Shown piece after piece: positions 1 through 7,801 of a stretch of DNA of 24,000 nt (positions are counted from its first letter, which is position 1; each line of letters begins with the position of its first letter). The stretch comes from Bacillota bacterium (GTDB lineage Bacteria; Bacillota; Clostridia; Oscillospirales; Oscillospiraceae): assembly GCA_023386265.1 (NCBI GenBank), contig JAEWKA010000004.1, forward strand, positions 480,492 to 504,491, written 5' to 3'. A program made the translations under genes and the position numbers. The notes below the pieces were generated by a model. It saw only the letters and a program-made list of their open reading frames with translations, ran no database searches and was not told the origin of the DNA.

Positions 1-533
1 ACCGCCCAGGCCACCGCCATTTTTACGTAGTAATCCTCGTTTTTAATATCCTCGAAAAGCCTCAGCATTTCGGCAGTATGTTCTACATCAATAAAGTAGT
101 CGAGCATCATGACGACGGCAAACCGAATGTCATAAGGCTTGTCAGAGTTTACATAATCCATGAGGAAGTCCCAGACCCGCTCTTTATTATTTACGGTTAT
201 TTTGAGTCCGCTGCAGAAGGAGTCACAAAGCGCCCAGTTCGTGATTTTGGGAATATATCGACATGCCTCTGACAAAACGACCTCGATATCCTCTTTGAGC
301 AGACCAATCACACTTCCCTGAAGCAGCGTTTCCTCGTAATATATATCCCTGTTCTGCTCAAAATATGTCCGCCAGTCGTCCTTTGACAGCTCCTTAGCGA
401 GCTTTTTCATCTCCGGTGAGCGCACGCCGAGAATGTTGTCAGTTCCCGGTATCAGCGATGCCATAAATTTTTGATACTTAGGCTCGGCAAGCGCAAGCAG
501 CTTTTCACGGTATTTTTCGTAGATTTCTGCCAT
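1..533 (-). CDS. DNA alkylation repair protein, AlkD/AlkC-like HEAT-repeat family (3' end cut by the window edge)
   Basis: This gene is absent from the ORF track because it runs off the left edge. My minus-strand translation from ATG 533..531 gives MAEIYEKYREKLLALAEPKYQKFMASLIPGTDNILGVRSPEMKKLAKEL...YDIRFAVVMMLDYF...DYYVKMAVAWA, open to position 1 (177 codons). It resembles the DNA_alkylation family. Its ATG shares one base with the TGA of the upstream ogt gene (TGATG). Confidence 0.8.
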   Translation of the reverse strand, partial: MAEIYEKYREKLLALAEPKYQKFMASLIPGTDNILGVRSPEMKKLAKELSKDDWRTYFEQNRDIYYEETLLQGSVIGLLKEDIEVVLSEACRYIPKITNWALCDSFCSGLKITVNNKERVWDFLMDYVNSDKPYDIRFAVVMMLDYFIDVEHTAEMLRLFEDIKNEDYYVKMAVAWA

Positions 534-994
534 CAGCCATTTTTCCTCTCAAGCTCGAGAAGCAGGGTCTTCGTCTCCAGTCCCCCGCCGTAACCGCCAA
601 GACCTCCGTCTGCGGCAATCACTCTGTGACAGGGTATGATGATTGAAATCGGGTTATTGTGGTTCGCGCCGCCCACTGCACGAAAGCCTTTTGGTGAGCC
701 TACCCTCTCCGCAATGTCCTTATAGCTTCTTGTTTCGCCGTATGGTATCTCTAAAAGCGCCGCCCATGCCTTTTTCTGAAATTCGGTTCCTTGAGCCTCC
801 AACGGCAAATCAAAAACTTTGCGCTTACCATCGAAGTATTCCCGTAGCTGTTCCGACGCAAGCTCACTCAGCTTCGAGGGGTTTCCTCCGACCTTTTCAT
901 CCGTAAAAAGGACATGAGTAATTGCAGTGTCAGTATAGCCAATTTTTAAATTTCCGCAGGGAAACTTGTATACGGCAAAATCTTCGTTTTTCAT
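533..994 (-). CDS. ogt: methylated-DNA--protein-cysteine S-methyltransferase
   Basis: The active-site motif IIIPCHRVI is present, together with the typical LLEIPYGETRSYKDIA and GFRAVGGANHNNP regions. I prefer ATG at 994 (GGAGGG, 8-nt spacer) over the track's TTG at 1009, which lies inside that SD. Confidence 0.92.
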   Translation of the reverse strand: MKNEDFAVYKFPCGNLKIGYTDTAITHVLFTDEKVGGNPSKLSELASEQLREYFDGKRKVFDLPLEAQGTEFQKKAWAALLEIPYGETRSYKDIAERVGSPKGFRAVGGANHNNPISIIIPCHRVIAADGGLGGYGGGLETKTLLLELERKNG

Positions 995-1016
995 TAATAG
1001 TCCCTCCAAGTGTTCA

Positions 1017-1916
1017 TCAAGTCTTTAATTTATCAAATGAGCGTTCCAATTCTTTTACAAGCTTTTCCCTCGCTTCGGTTTGGGCCTGTTCCATGCTTCG
1101 GACATGCATCTCGGTTGTTATATTTGCCGTCGCTGCTTGATTGATGACCGCAAAGACTGCTTTTTCCATCTCGCCGCCTTCAGAATAGTCCGCTTTCAGA
1201 ACATAGTCGACGCGCCCCTGTAAAAGCAGCTCATTAACTTTATCCTTGCTGTTCTGATAAACGGCAATCGAGTGTCCGCCGTTCGTGCGAACAAGCTTCA
1301 TACAGGGCACATCCGTCAATCCATCGCCTATATACACCATGTTCCGGAAGGGCACTCTACGCTTATCTTCCTCCATGAATTCGTTGAGCCCGTCGTTCTC
1401 CGTCACATCAAAAACGCCCTTGTTGATGCGGAACAAAAACTGGGTTTTGCTCGTATAGTTCACTGCCATCGCGGGCCAGCAGGGCTCACCGTTATCGTCA
1501 TAGCAATATTCCGCAGCATATATTTGCTCAAAATTTTTGGCTATACGTGTTCCCTCAATTATCTCCTTGAGGCCTGAGGATATTATGTAGTGCTCGGTTT
1601 TCATTCCGTGCGCTTGGGCGTAGGCGTTAATACGTCCAAACCAAGATTCAACGCCTTCGAAAAGCTCAACGTCCCTGCCTAGAGCGCGCAGGGTGTCGCG
1701 AGTGAAAAGAACCTTTCCCTTTGCCTTTTTGAACATGACATACATATAAGCGAGTATCTGATCCATGCGGTTTTCACGCATGGTTTTTCCGCACTCCGCC
1801 CAGAAAGCTTCTGGAGTCATTTTTATACTGGGTATGAAGGCGTATTCCTGCATGTCTCTGGGCGAAAGCGTTTTATCGAAGTCATACATCAGGGCGAATA
1901 TCGGTTTTTCGGACAT
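1017..1916 (-). CDS. HAD-superfamily hydrolase (phosphatase-like)
   Basis: 299-aa ORF with the N-terminal nucleophile motif YDFDKT (DxDxT) and a late GDGLTD motif. GGAGG lies 8 nt upstream of the ATG. Confidence 0.8.
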   Translation of the reverse strand: MSEKPIFALMYDFDKTLSPRDMQEYAFIPSIKMTPEAFWAECGKTMRENRMDQILAYMYVMFKKAKGKVLFTRDTLRALGRDVELFEGVESWFGRINAYAQAHGMKTEHYIISSGLKEIIEGTRIAKNFEQIYAAEYCYDDNGEPCWPAMAVNYTSKTQFLFRINKGVFDVTENDGLNEFMEEDKRRVPFRNMVYIGDGLTDVPCMKLVRTNGGHSIAVYQNSKDKVNELLLQGRVDYVLKADYSEGGEMEKAVFAVINQAATANITTEMHVRSMEQAQTEAREKLVKELERSFDKLKT

Positions 1917-1943
1917 TAGCAGAGCCTCCTGACGTTTTAGCTT

Positions 1944-2420
1944 TTATATTCTGCCGTCTCGGGCGGCAAGCACAAATTCCAGCGGATGCATGATAATATT
2001 CGCTGTTTCCTCCGGCGTTTTGCCCTCGCTGAGGCAGCGTCTTACGATTACGGCCATGGATTCGCCTATCTCTATCAGATGTCCGTCAGGGTCAAATATT
2101 TTTATTGACCTCTGCTGCCAGTCATACTTCACGGGCGGATGAACTCTTTCCACATAAGGAAAGGCATTTAGCTTTTCCATAAAGCCTTCAAAATCATCCA
2201 CATCAAAATATAGCTCCATATTGTAGCATTTATCATAAGTCGGTTCCTCCGGCAAACGCCCAATCCTCGCAAAGTCCTCCTGCAGGGAAAAGCCGCCGCT
2301 CAAGGTAACATTTTCGCCAAAATCGAGTACGATTTCCTGCCCAAACAGATCTTGATAAAACTTTTTTGATACTTCAATATCTTGAACCGCAATCATCGGC
2401 ATTTTAAAAATAGTATTCAT
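1944..2420 (-). CDS. VOC (glyoxalase/bleomycin-resistance/dioxygenase fold) family protein
   Basis: The N-terminus MPMIAVQDIEVSKKFYQDLFG and a later FDPDGHLIEI are typical of the VOC fold. The track start at 2426 is only 2 nt from the SD AGAGGA, so the ATG at 2420 (8-nt spacer) is the more likely start. Confidence 0.75.
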   Translation of the reverse strand: MNTIFKMPMIAVQDIEVSKKFYQDLFGQEIVLDFGENVTLSGGFSLQEDFARIGRLPEEPTYDKCYNMELYFDVDDFEGFMEKLNAFPYVERVHPPVKYDWQQRSIKIFDPDGHLIEIGESMAVIVRRCLSEGKTPEETANIIMHPLEFVLAARDGRI

Positions 2421-2449
2421 TTTCATAATCCTCTCAATTTCTTGCTTTA

Positions 2450-2477
2450 ATTATATACTAATCTTCTGCATTATCAA
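2450..2477 (-). promoter_or_regulatory. sigma-A-type promoter for the VOC-HAD-ogt-alkD-like operon
   Basis: The minus strand reads TTGATA, a 16-nt spacer, then a perfect TATAAT. It lies about 25 nt upstream of the VOC start and directly downstream of the thpR terminator. Confidence 0.5.
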
Positions 2478-2480
2478 TAA

Positions 2481-2508
2481 GAAAAAAGCACAGGGACTCC
2501 CCTATGCT
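2481..2508 (-). terminator. intrinsic terminator after thpR
   Basis: The minus-strand RNA reads AGCAUAGGG-GAGU-CCCUGUGCU followed by UUUUUUC. The stem is 9 bp with one mismatch. Confidence 0.6.
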
Positions 2509-2526
2509 CTGATGCTATTCATTAGT

Positions 2527-3027
2527 TCAAAGTTCGCGCCCGTATACCTCCGTATAGATTAGTCTTCCATTAATTCGCTCCGATTTCATGAGCGAGACTC
2601 GTGAGACGCTCATCGCTTTTCTGGCAACATTGAGCTTCACGGGGTTTTGTGTTTCGAGCTGCCTTGCAAGGGTTATATGCGGCTTAAAGGTACGATCCTC
2701 AATATCGAAGCCGCTTTTGCGCAGTTCGTTCTGAATTTTTTCGGCAAGGGCTTTAAGCTTCGAATTATTCTCGATACCAACCCAGTAAAGCTTGCCGAAA
2801 TTCCCCGCTCCCGATATTGCCATTTCAAACGCAGGAACGGCGCAGCGGTCAATAACGCTTCGTATGGTCTGAACATCCTCGGATTCGCCGATGAACGCAA
2901 GCGTCAGGTGAAGGTTCTCTGGATGTGTAAAATTGCCGGATACCGCCTGTGCCCGCAGCTCTTCAATCGCCGAAAGCAGAGCGAATTTCACTTCCTTTGA
3001 AAAATGTATCGCGATAAAAAGGCGCAT
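2527..3027 (-). CDS. thpR: RNA 2',3'-cyclic phosphodiesterase (2H phosphoesterase, LigT/ThpR family)
   Basis: Two HxT/SxL motifs are present (HLTLAFIG and HITLAR), spaced as in 2H enzymes. I prefer the ATG at 3027 (MRLFIAIHF), which has GGAGG 8 nt upstream; the track start at 3069 is less likely. Confidence 0.85.
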   Translation of the reverse strand: MRLFIAIHFSKEVKFALLSAIEELRAQAVSGNFTHPENLHLTLAFIGESEDVQTIRSVIDRCAVPAFEMAISGAGNFGKLYWVGIENNSKLKALAEKIQNELRKSGFDIEDRTFKPHITLARQLETQNPVKLNVARKAMSVSRVSLMKSERINGRLIYTEVYGREL

Positions 3028-3046
3028 AGAAACTCCTCCCCGCCGA

Positions 3047-3904
3047 TTATTCGACGGGTGATGCGGCATAGTTCGAGGTATCTACTCCCGTCTTTTTCGG
3101 TTTTTTTCTAATTAGTTTATCAATATAAAATATGAACACCGCAAACGCACTCACAATACTTATGTTTTGATAAATCGTCATAAGCACGTTGGCATTTCCC
3201 TGACGGCCTTCGCCGTTAATTTTTCCATTACCGTTGCCGTTGCTTTTGTCGGTTCCGCTGTCGGGGGCAGACAAGGGTGCACCGTTTGAGGTTGCATTGC
3301 CGGCAAACGAATGTTCTCCCTCGCCGGATTGAGAATAACCGGATGCGACAGATGCAACCTTATCGATATACCCAGTTGAAACGATATTATATGAGCCTAG
3401 CGAAAATGCGATAATCGCACAGCCGGTCGCGAGGACTCCGAGCGCTCTTTTCTTCGGGATATTCAGAAGCTTTTTCACTATCGCAACAACCCTGTTCCAC
3501 GAAAGCCCGATGTGAGTTCCGATGAGCGCAAGAGCAATATAGGATGCAGCTTTATGCAGGCTATCGACATTCAGATGTACGTGAATAATGGATGCAAACA
3601 ACACCTTGGACATCAGTATACCCGTCACGATGATGACGGCAATCGCAATCAGCAACAGTGCATCCACTATGTAGGCAAGCCTTGTTCTTGCGGGTAGCTT
3701 TGGGTTAAAAAGCTTCTTCGTGACGCTCTTTAGCCACGCTCTGTTAAGAACCATATGGATAGCGATGAAGGCTCCGACTGCAATCCCCGCGATTTCGTGG
3801 AACGCCATACCGCCTAACGCCGTTTTGTTGAAAAGTATCGCAAAAACAAGCGCCATGAGTATATCAAGTGCAATCTTAATCTTGTTTTTGTTTTTTGTCT
3901 GCAT
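3047..3904 (-). CDS. polytopic membrane protein, DUF4405-like, with a low-complexity G/N/S-rich loop
   Basis: Four or five hydrophobic helices are visible (ALDILMALVFAILF, IAGIAVGAFIAIHMVL, LLLIAIAVIIVTGILM and others). The N-terminus resembles DUF4405 proteins. The ATG at 3904 (MQTKNK) follows AGGATGGAG. The gene ends 19 nt before thpR. Confidence 0.6.
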   Translation of the reverse strand: MQTKNKNKIKIALDILMALVFAILFNKTALGGMAFHEIAGIAVGAFIAIHMVLNRAWLKSVTKKLFNPKLPARTRLAYIVDALLLIAIAVIIVTGILMSKVLFASIIHVHLNVDSLHKAASYIALALIGTHIGLSWNRVVAIVKKLLNIPKKRALGVLATGCAIIAFSLGSYNIVSTGYIDKVASVASGYSQSGEGEHSFAGNATSNGAPLSAPDSGTDKSNGNGNGKINGEGRQGNANVLMTIYQNISIVSAFAVFIFYIDKLIRKKPKKTGVDTSNYAASPVE

Positions 3905-3937
3905 TATACTCCATCCTTTCAGCTTTGCAAACCGAAA

Positions 3938-3962
3938 AACTGTTCTCACGCTCTGAACAGTT
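3938..3962 (-). promoter_or_regulatory. 8-bp inverted repeat AACTGTTC-N9-GAACAGTT in the leader or promoter of the DUF4405-thpR operon
   Basis: A perfect 8-bp dyad, seen directly, lies 35-58 nt upstream of the ATG at 3904. It could be an operator or a 5'-UTR hairpin. Confidence 0.25.
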
Positions 3963-4144
3963 CGCTCTGTACCGGTTTTGCAATTGGTTCTGTTTTCCGT
4001 ACTTTATCCTTAGTACTTAAAGCTGACTTTAAAAAAACCTCTTTTAATTTATCAACTAAAGATATAATATCAGAACAAAGGATGCCAAGCGAGTTCAAGA
4101 AAAATTCGGCTGCATAGGTTATGCTGATTCAGGTGGTGATAATA

Positions 4145-5050
4145 TTGGAACAAAACGAAGGAATTTTAGCTGTTAGGCGCATGCAGGAGTATATTGACGG
4201 GCACCTTTCCGAGCCTATGACCCTCTTACAGCTTTCAAGGGCTGCAGGCTATTCGCCGTGGCACTGTGATCGTCTCTTCAAGGAGTATCTCGGCAAAGCA
4301 CCTTTCGATTACATTCGCTCGCTGCGTTTATCGAAAGCGGCACTCGTGCTGAGAGACAGTAAGACGAAGGTCATAGATGTCGCGTTCGATTTCGTGTTCG
4401 ACTCGCATGAGGGCTTTACAAAGGCCTTTTCAAAGGAGTTCGGGCTGCCTCCAAAAAGCTACTCGATGGCTTATCCGCCGATACAGCTCTTCATTCCTTA
4501 TCCCGCCAATGATTATCGCCATACTAAAACTAAGGGAGTCAACCCTATGCAAGAAAATAAGAAACTGATGCCGGTGTTCGTCCAAATTGTCGAACGTCCC
4601 GAAAGAAAAGTGCTCTTAAAGCGCGGCATTAAAGCCGATGAATACTTCGCATATTGCGAGGAGGTGGGCTGCGACATCTGGGGTATGCTTACCAGCGTCA
4701 AGGAAGCGCTTTACGAACCCATTGGCATGTGGCTGCCGGTAAGCATGAGGCACGGTGGTTCCGAGTACGTGCAGGGCGTCGAGCTGCCGCTGGATTACGC
4801 AAAGCCCGTTCCCGAGGGCTACGAGCTCACCGAATTACCGCCCTGCAAAATGATGGTTTTTCAGGGACCTCCTTTCAAGGATGACGATTTTGAGGAAGCT
4901 ATTACGGATGTTTGGGAGCTTATGAAGACCTTTGATCCTGCGCTTTACGGCTATGAATGGGCGGAAAACGATGCCCCAAGATTCCAGCTCGCGCCGCTGG
5001 GCTACCGGGGCTACATCGAGGCAAGACCGGTCAGACCCATAAACAAGTAA
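4145..5050 (+). CDS. AraC-family transcriptional regulator with a C-terminal GyrI-like/effector-binding domain
   Basis: The N-terminal AraC HTH is recognisable (LLQLSRAAGYSPWHCDRLFKEYLG...DVAFDFVFDSHEGFTKAFSKEFGLPP). The C-terminal ~165 aa form an effector-binding-type domain. The start is uncertain: TTG at 4145 has AGGTGG 8 nt upstream, while the track's ATG at 4121 has a poor SD. Confidence 0.85.
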   Translation: MEQNEGILAVRRMQEYIDGHLSEPMTLLQLSRAAGYSPWHCDRLFKEYLGKAPFDYIRSLRLSKAALVLRDSKTKVIDVAFDFVFDSHEGFTKAFSKEFGLPPKSYSMAYPPIQLFIPYPANDYRHTKTKGVNPMQENKKLMPVFVQIVERPERKVLLKRGIKADEYFAYCEEVGCDIWGMLTSVKEALYEPIGMWLPVSMRHGGSEYVQGVELPLDYAKPVPEGYELTELPPCKMMVFQGPPFKDDDFEEAITDVWELMKTFDPALYGYEWAENDAPRFQLAPLGYRGYIEARPVRPINK

Positions 5051-5060
5051 ACAGCATACA

Positions 5061-5098
5061 GGGACAGAGCGTAAGCCTCTGTCCCCGCTTTTTATTTT
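5061..5098 (+). terminator. intrinsic terminator after the first AraC gene
   Basis: GGGACAGAG-cgtaagc-CTCTGTCCC followed by CGCTTTTTATTTT. Confidence 0.75.
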
Positions 5099-5105
5099 AC
5101 AAGGA

Positions 5106-5134
5106 TTCACATCCATCGAAATGTGTGGTAAAAT
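5106..5134 (+). promoter_or_regulatory. extended -10 promoter for the radical SAM gene
   Basis: TTCACA, a 17-nt spacer, then TGgTAAAAT (TGn extended -10). It lies about 37 nt upstream of the ATG at 5171. Confidence 0.5.
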
Positions 5135-5170
5135 CTTGATATAATATTATGCTTGAATGGAGCTTCGCCA

Positions 5171-6064
5171 ATGGCAAATTATAAAGAAATGACCTGTTCA
5201 TCGGCTTGCAACAAATTAAAGAGAAGCTTTCCTTTTGCTTATGACATGAATATTTATCGAGGCTGCGAGCACGGCTGCAAGTACTGCTTTGCCATGTATT
5301 CGCATCAATACTTAGGCTCCGAACAATACTTCAGTGATATTTATATAAAAACGAATATCGTGGAACAACTTGAAAAGCAGTTATCATCTCCTTCATGGAA
5401 AAGAGAGGTCATAAGTATCGGCGGCGTGACAGACAGCTATCAGCCGATTGAAGCCGAGTATAAGCTTATGCCAGACATACTGCGCCTTTTTATTAAATAC
5501 AAAACCCCCTGCATCATCTCCACGAAGTCCGACCTCATTCTGAGGGACTATGACCTCATCGCGGAGCTTGCCTCAATCACCTATGTCAATGTCGCGGCGA
5601 CGATTACCTGTATGGATGAAAGCCTCCGCAAAAAGATTGAGCCGGGCGGTGCTCCTTCCCTAAAGCGCTTTGAAATGCTTAAGGAATTCTCAAAAACCGA
5701 TGCCTGCACCGGCCTGCACGTAATGCCGATTATTCCCTATCTGACCGACACTCGAGAAAACATCGATTCGCTTTATTCTCACGCAAGTGACAGTGCGGTT
5801 AAATACGTTTTACCGGGCGTTTTGTATCTCCGCGGAAAGACGCGCGGAGCTTTCTTTGATTTTATACGCAGCGATTATCCAGAATTATGTAAACCGCTTA
5901 CCGACCTATATAAAACCGGTGGCGCGGGTAAAGAATACAAGGATTCGCTATATCCAATGGTGAATGAGCTTCGTTCAAAGTACAAGCTTTCCGGTAACTA
6001 TAGCGCTCCTATGAAAGAGAAACTCAAAAAGTCGGAGTGTGAGCAAATATCACTTTTTGATTAA
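5171..6064 (+). CDS. radical SAM protein, SPL/SplB-like (COG1533 'DNA repair photolyase') family
   Basis: The CxxxCxxC cluster motif is present in YRGCEHGCKYCFA. Size and downstream regions (ISIGGVTDSYQP, CIISTKS) fit the SPL-family radical SAM enzymes. The ATG at 5171 has GGAG 8 nt upstream. Confidence 0.8.
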   Translation: MANYKEMTCSSACNKLKRSFPFAYDMNIYRGCEHGCKYCFAMYSHQYLGSEQYFSDIYIKTNIVEQLEKQLSSPSWKREVISIGGVTDSYQPIEAEYKLMPDILRLFIKYKTPCIISTKSDLILRDYDLIAELASITYVNVAATITCMDESLRKKIEPGGAPSLKRFEMLKEFSKTDACTGLHVMPIIPYLTDTRENIDSLYSHASDSAVKYVLPGVLYLRGKTRGAFFDFIRSDYPELCKPLTDLYKTGGAGKEYKDSLYPMVNELRSKYKLSGNYSAPMKEKLKKSECEQISLFD

Positions 6065-6156
6065 TTTCGCTCCCATACACAACTCGCTTTTTCGGGCAGA
6101 GAATGCGAGGACATTATTTTGAATTCTGTTAAACTCTGATTATAGAAGGTGATGCA

Positions 6157-7017
6157 ATGGATTGGCTTGAAAGACTGAATCAAGCGATTAACTACATGGA
6201 AAACAATTTGAGCGGAGAGATAAGCGTCGACCACGCTGCGCAAATCGCCTGCTGCTCAGCTTTCCACTTCCAGCGTATGTTCTCCTACATCGCGGGTATC
6301 CCGCTTGGCGAATACATACGCCGAAGAAGAATGACCGAGGCGGCGTTCGACCTGCAAAAAAACGGACTTAAGGTAATTGACGCGGCTCTCAAATACGGTT
6401 ACGACTCTCCGACTGCTTTTAATCGTGCGTTTCAGAGTGTGCACGGGGTCTCCCCCGCCGGATCTCGCTCGGAAGGAGTATCGCTTAAGGCATATCCACG
6501 CATCAGCTTCAAAATTTCAATCAGAGGAGATGCCGAAATGAATTACAAAATTGAAACTAAAGAAGCGTTCAGGATTGTCGGACCCAAAAGACATTACAAA
6601 ATGGACGTGGAGGGAAACTTTGCGGAGGTACCCCTGTTCTGGCAGGAGATGCATCAGGCTGGCATAGTGCCCAAGCTTTGCGAGCTGATGAATCATCCCC
6701 CCTACGGAATCCTAGGGGTCTGCACCTGCATGAACGGCAAGGACTTCGACTATTACATTTCCGTTGCGTCCGATAAGCCCATTCCAGAGGGGATGTCGGA
6801 ATATGAAGTACCGGCTACGACCTGGGCAATCTTTGAATGCGTCGGCGCGATGCCGAAGGCGATACAGGAGCTTCAGACGAGAATAGTGTCCGAGTGGCTG
6901 CCGGTATCCGGCTATGAATATGCCGATGCGCCGGATATCGAGATCTATTCAGAAGGAGACATGTCTTCTCCGGACTATAGGAGCGAGGTCTGGCTGCCCG
7001 TTATAAAGAAAAAATAA
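6157..7017 (+). CDS. AraC-family transcriptional regulator with a GyrI-like effector-binding domain
   Basis: The N-terminal AraC HTH reads ISVDHAAQIACCSAFHFQRMFSYIAG...ALKYGYDSPTAFNRAFQSVHGVSP. The C-terminal domain is a classic GyrI-like/AraC_E_bind type (MNYKIETKEAFRIVG...EIYSEGD...SEVWLPV). SD GAAGGTGA precedes the start. Confidence 0.9.
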   Translation: MDWLERLNQAINYMENNLSGEISVDHAAQIACCSAFHFQRMFSYIAGIPLGEYIRRRRMTEAAFDLQKNGLKVIDAALKYGYDSPTAFNRAFQSVHGVSPAGSRSEGVSLKAYPRISFKISIRGDAEMNYKIETKEAFRIVGPKRHYKMDVEGNFAEVPLFWQEMHQAGIVPKLCELMNHPPYGILGVCTCMNGKDFDYYISVASDKPIPEGMSEYEVPATTWAIFECVGAMPKAIQELQTRIVSEWLPVSGYEYADAPDIEIYSEGDMSSPDYRSEVWLPVIKKK

Positions 7018-7020
7018 TGC

Positions 7021-7053
7021 AAAAACAGCGAGCCGAAACGGCTCGCTGTTTTT
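7021..7053. terminator. bidirectional intrinsic terminator between convergent genes
   Basis: AAAAACAGCGAGCCG-AAA-CGGCTCGCTGTTTTT is a perfect hairpin with A and T tracts on both sides. It sits between the AraC stop (7017) and the ABC permease stop (7058). Confidence 0.85.
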
Positions 7054-7057
7054 ATAC

Positions 7058-7801
7058 TTACTCCCACCTGAAAAACCGTATTGAGACGCCGACGCAGATG
7101 ATGGCAAGCACAGACATAACGAAGATCGGCAGCAGAACGCCATCCGAAGGAAGTCCGAGAGAGGTGACTTTCAGAAGCTTTATCCCCTGCGTTAGCGGCA
7201 TAAAATCCGCTACCTTTTGCAAGGCCTTCGGCATGACTTCATAGGGCAGCGTCGTACCCGAAAAAATGAGCATCGGAAAATAAAGCACACAACAAAGAAT
7301 GTTTGCCGTCTTCACATTCGGCGAAATGCCGCCCACCATCATTCCGATGCTGAACATCGAAAGCAAAACAAGCAGATACGCTCCAATAAACTGGAGCCAT
7401 GCCCCACCGAACGTACAGCCGAAGAAAACCCTAGCAGTTATGTAAACCAATAGCAACGAGACAAGAGCATATAGCGTGTAGATTGCGACCAGCACCAATA
7501 GTATCATCGTCGGACTTACAGGCGTAACCTTGAACCGCTTTAGAATTTTTTTGTTTCTGTAATCCGACACGACCAGCGGCAGCCCCATCACTCCGCCGGC
7601 ACATACGGCTATCGCAGCAACCGCACCGAAGGATTGCTCCAGAAAACTATAGCTTGCTCCGCTGAAGGCGGGCTTGCTGCCATAGATGATACCGAGGATG
7701 ACCATCACGACAACCGGCATACAAATCGCGAAAATCACCATGTCCATGCCGCGAAGCGAAAGCTTCAGCTCCGTTTTAAAATGTGTTCCGAATGCCTTCA
7801 T
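7058..7801 (-). CDS. ABC-2 type transporter permease
   Basis: 247-aa protein with about six hydrophobic helices and an ABC-2 permease-like layout. Its ATG overlaps the stop of the ATPase gene (ATGA at 7798-7801). Confidence 0.85.
   Translation of the reverse strand: MKAFGTHFKTELKLSLRGMDMVIFAICMPVVVMVILGIIYGSKPAFSGASYSFLEQSFGAVAAIAVCAGGVMGLPLVVSDYRNKKILKRFKVTPVSPTMILLVLVAIYTLYALVSLLLVYITARVFFGCTFGGAWLQFIGAYLLVLLSMFSIGMMVGGISPNVKTANILCCVLYFPMLIFSGTTLPYEVMPKALQKVADFMPLTQGIKLLKVTSLGLPSDGVLLPIFVMSVLAIICVGVSIRFFRWE

Noticed and set aside
78-272. Plus-strand 64-aa ORF from the supplied track.
   Set aside because: It lies antisense inside a well-supported minus-strand AlkD-like coding region that is open from 533 to the window edge. 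It has no SD and no recognisable motif.
3955-3963. LexA/Cheo SOS box, considered because of the DNA-repair theme.
   Set aside because: The sequence is GAAC-N1-GTTC, and the larger dyad is GTTC-N9-GAAC. The Firmicute LexA box is GAAC-N4-GTTC. I saw no proper Cheo box upstream of any repair gene in the window.
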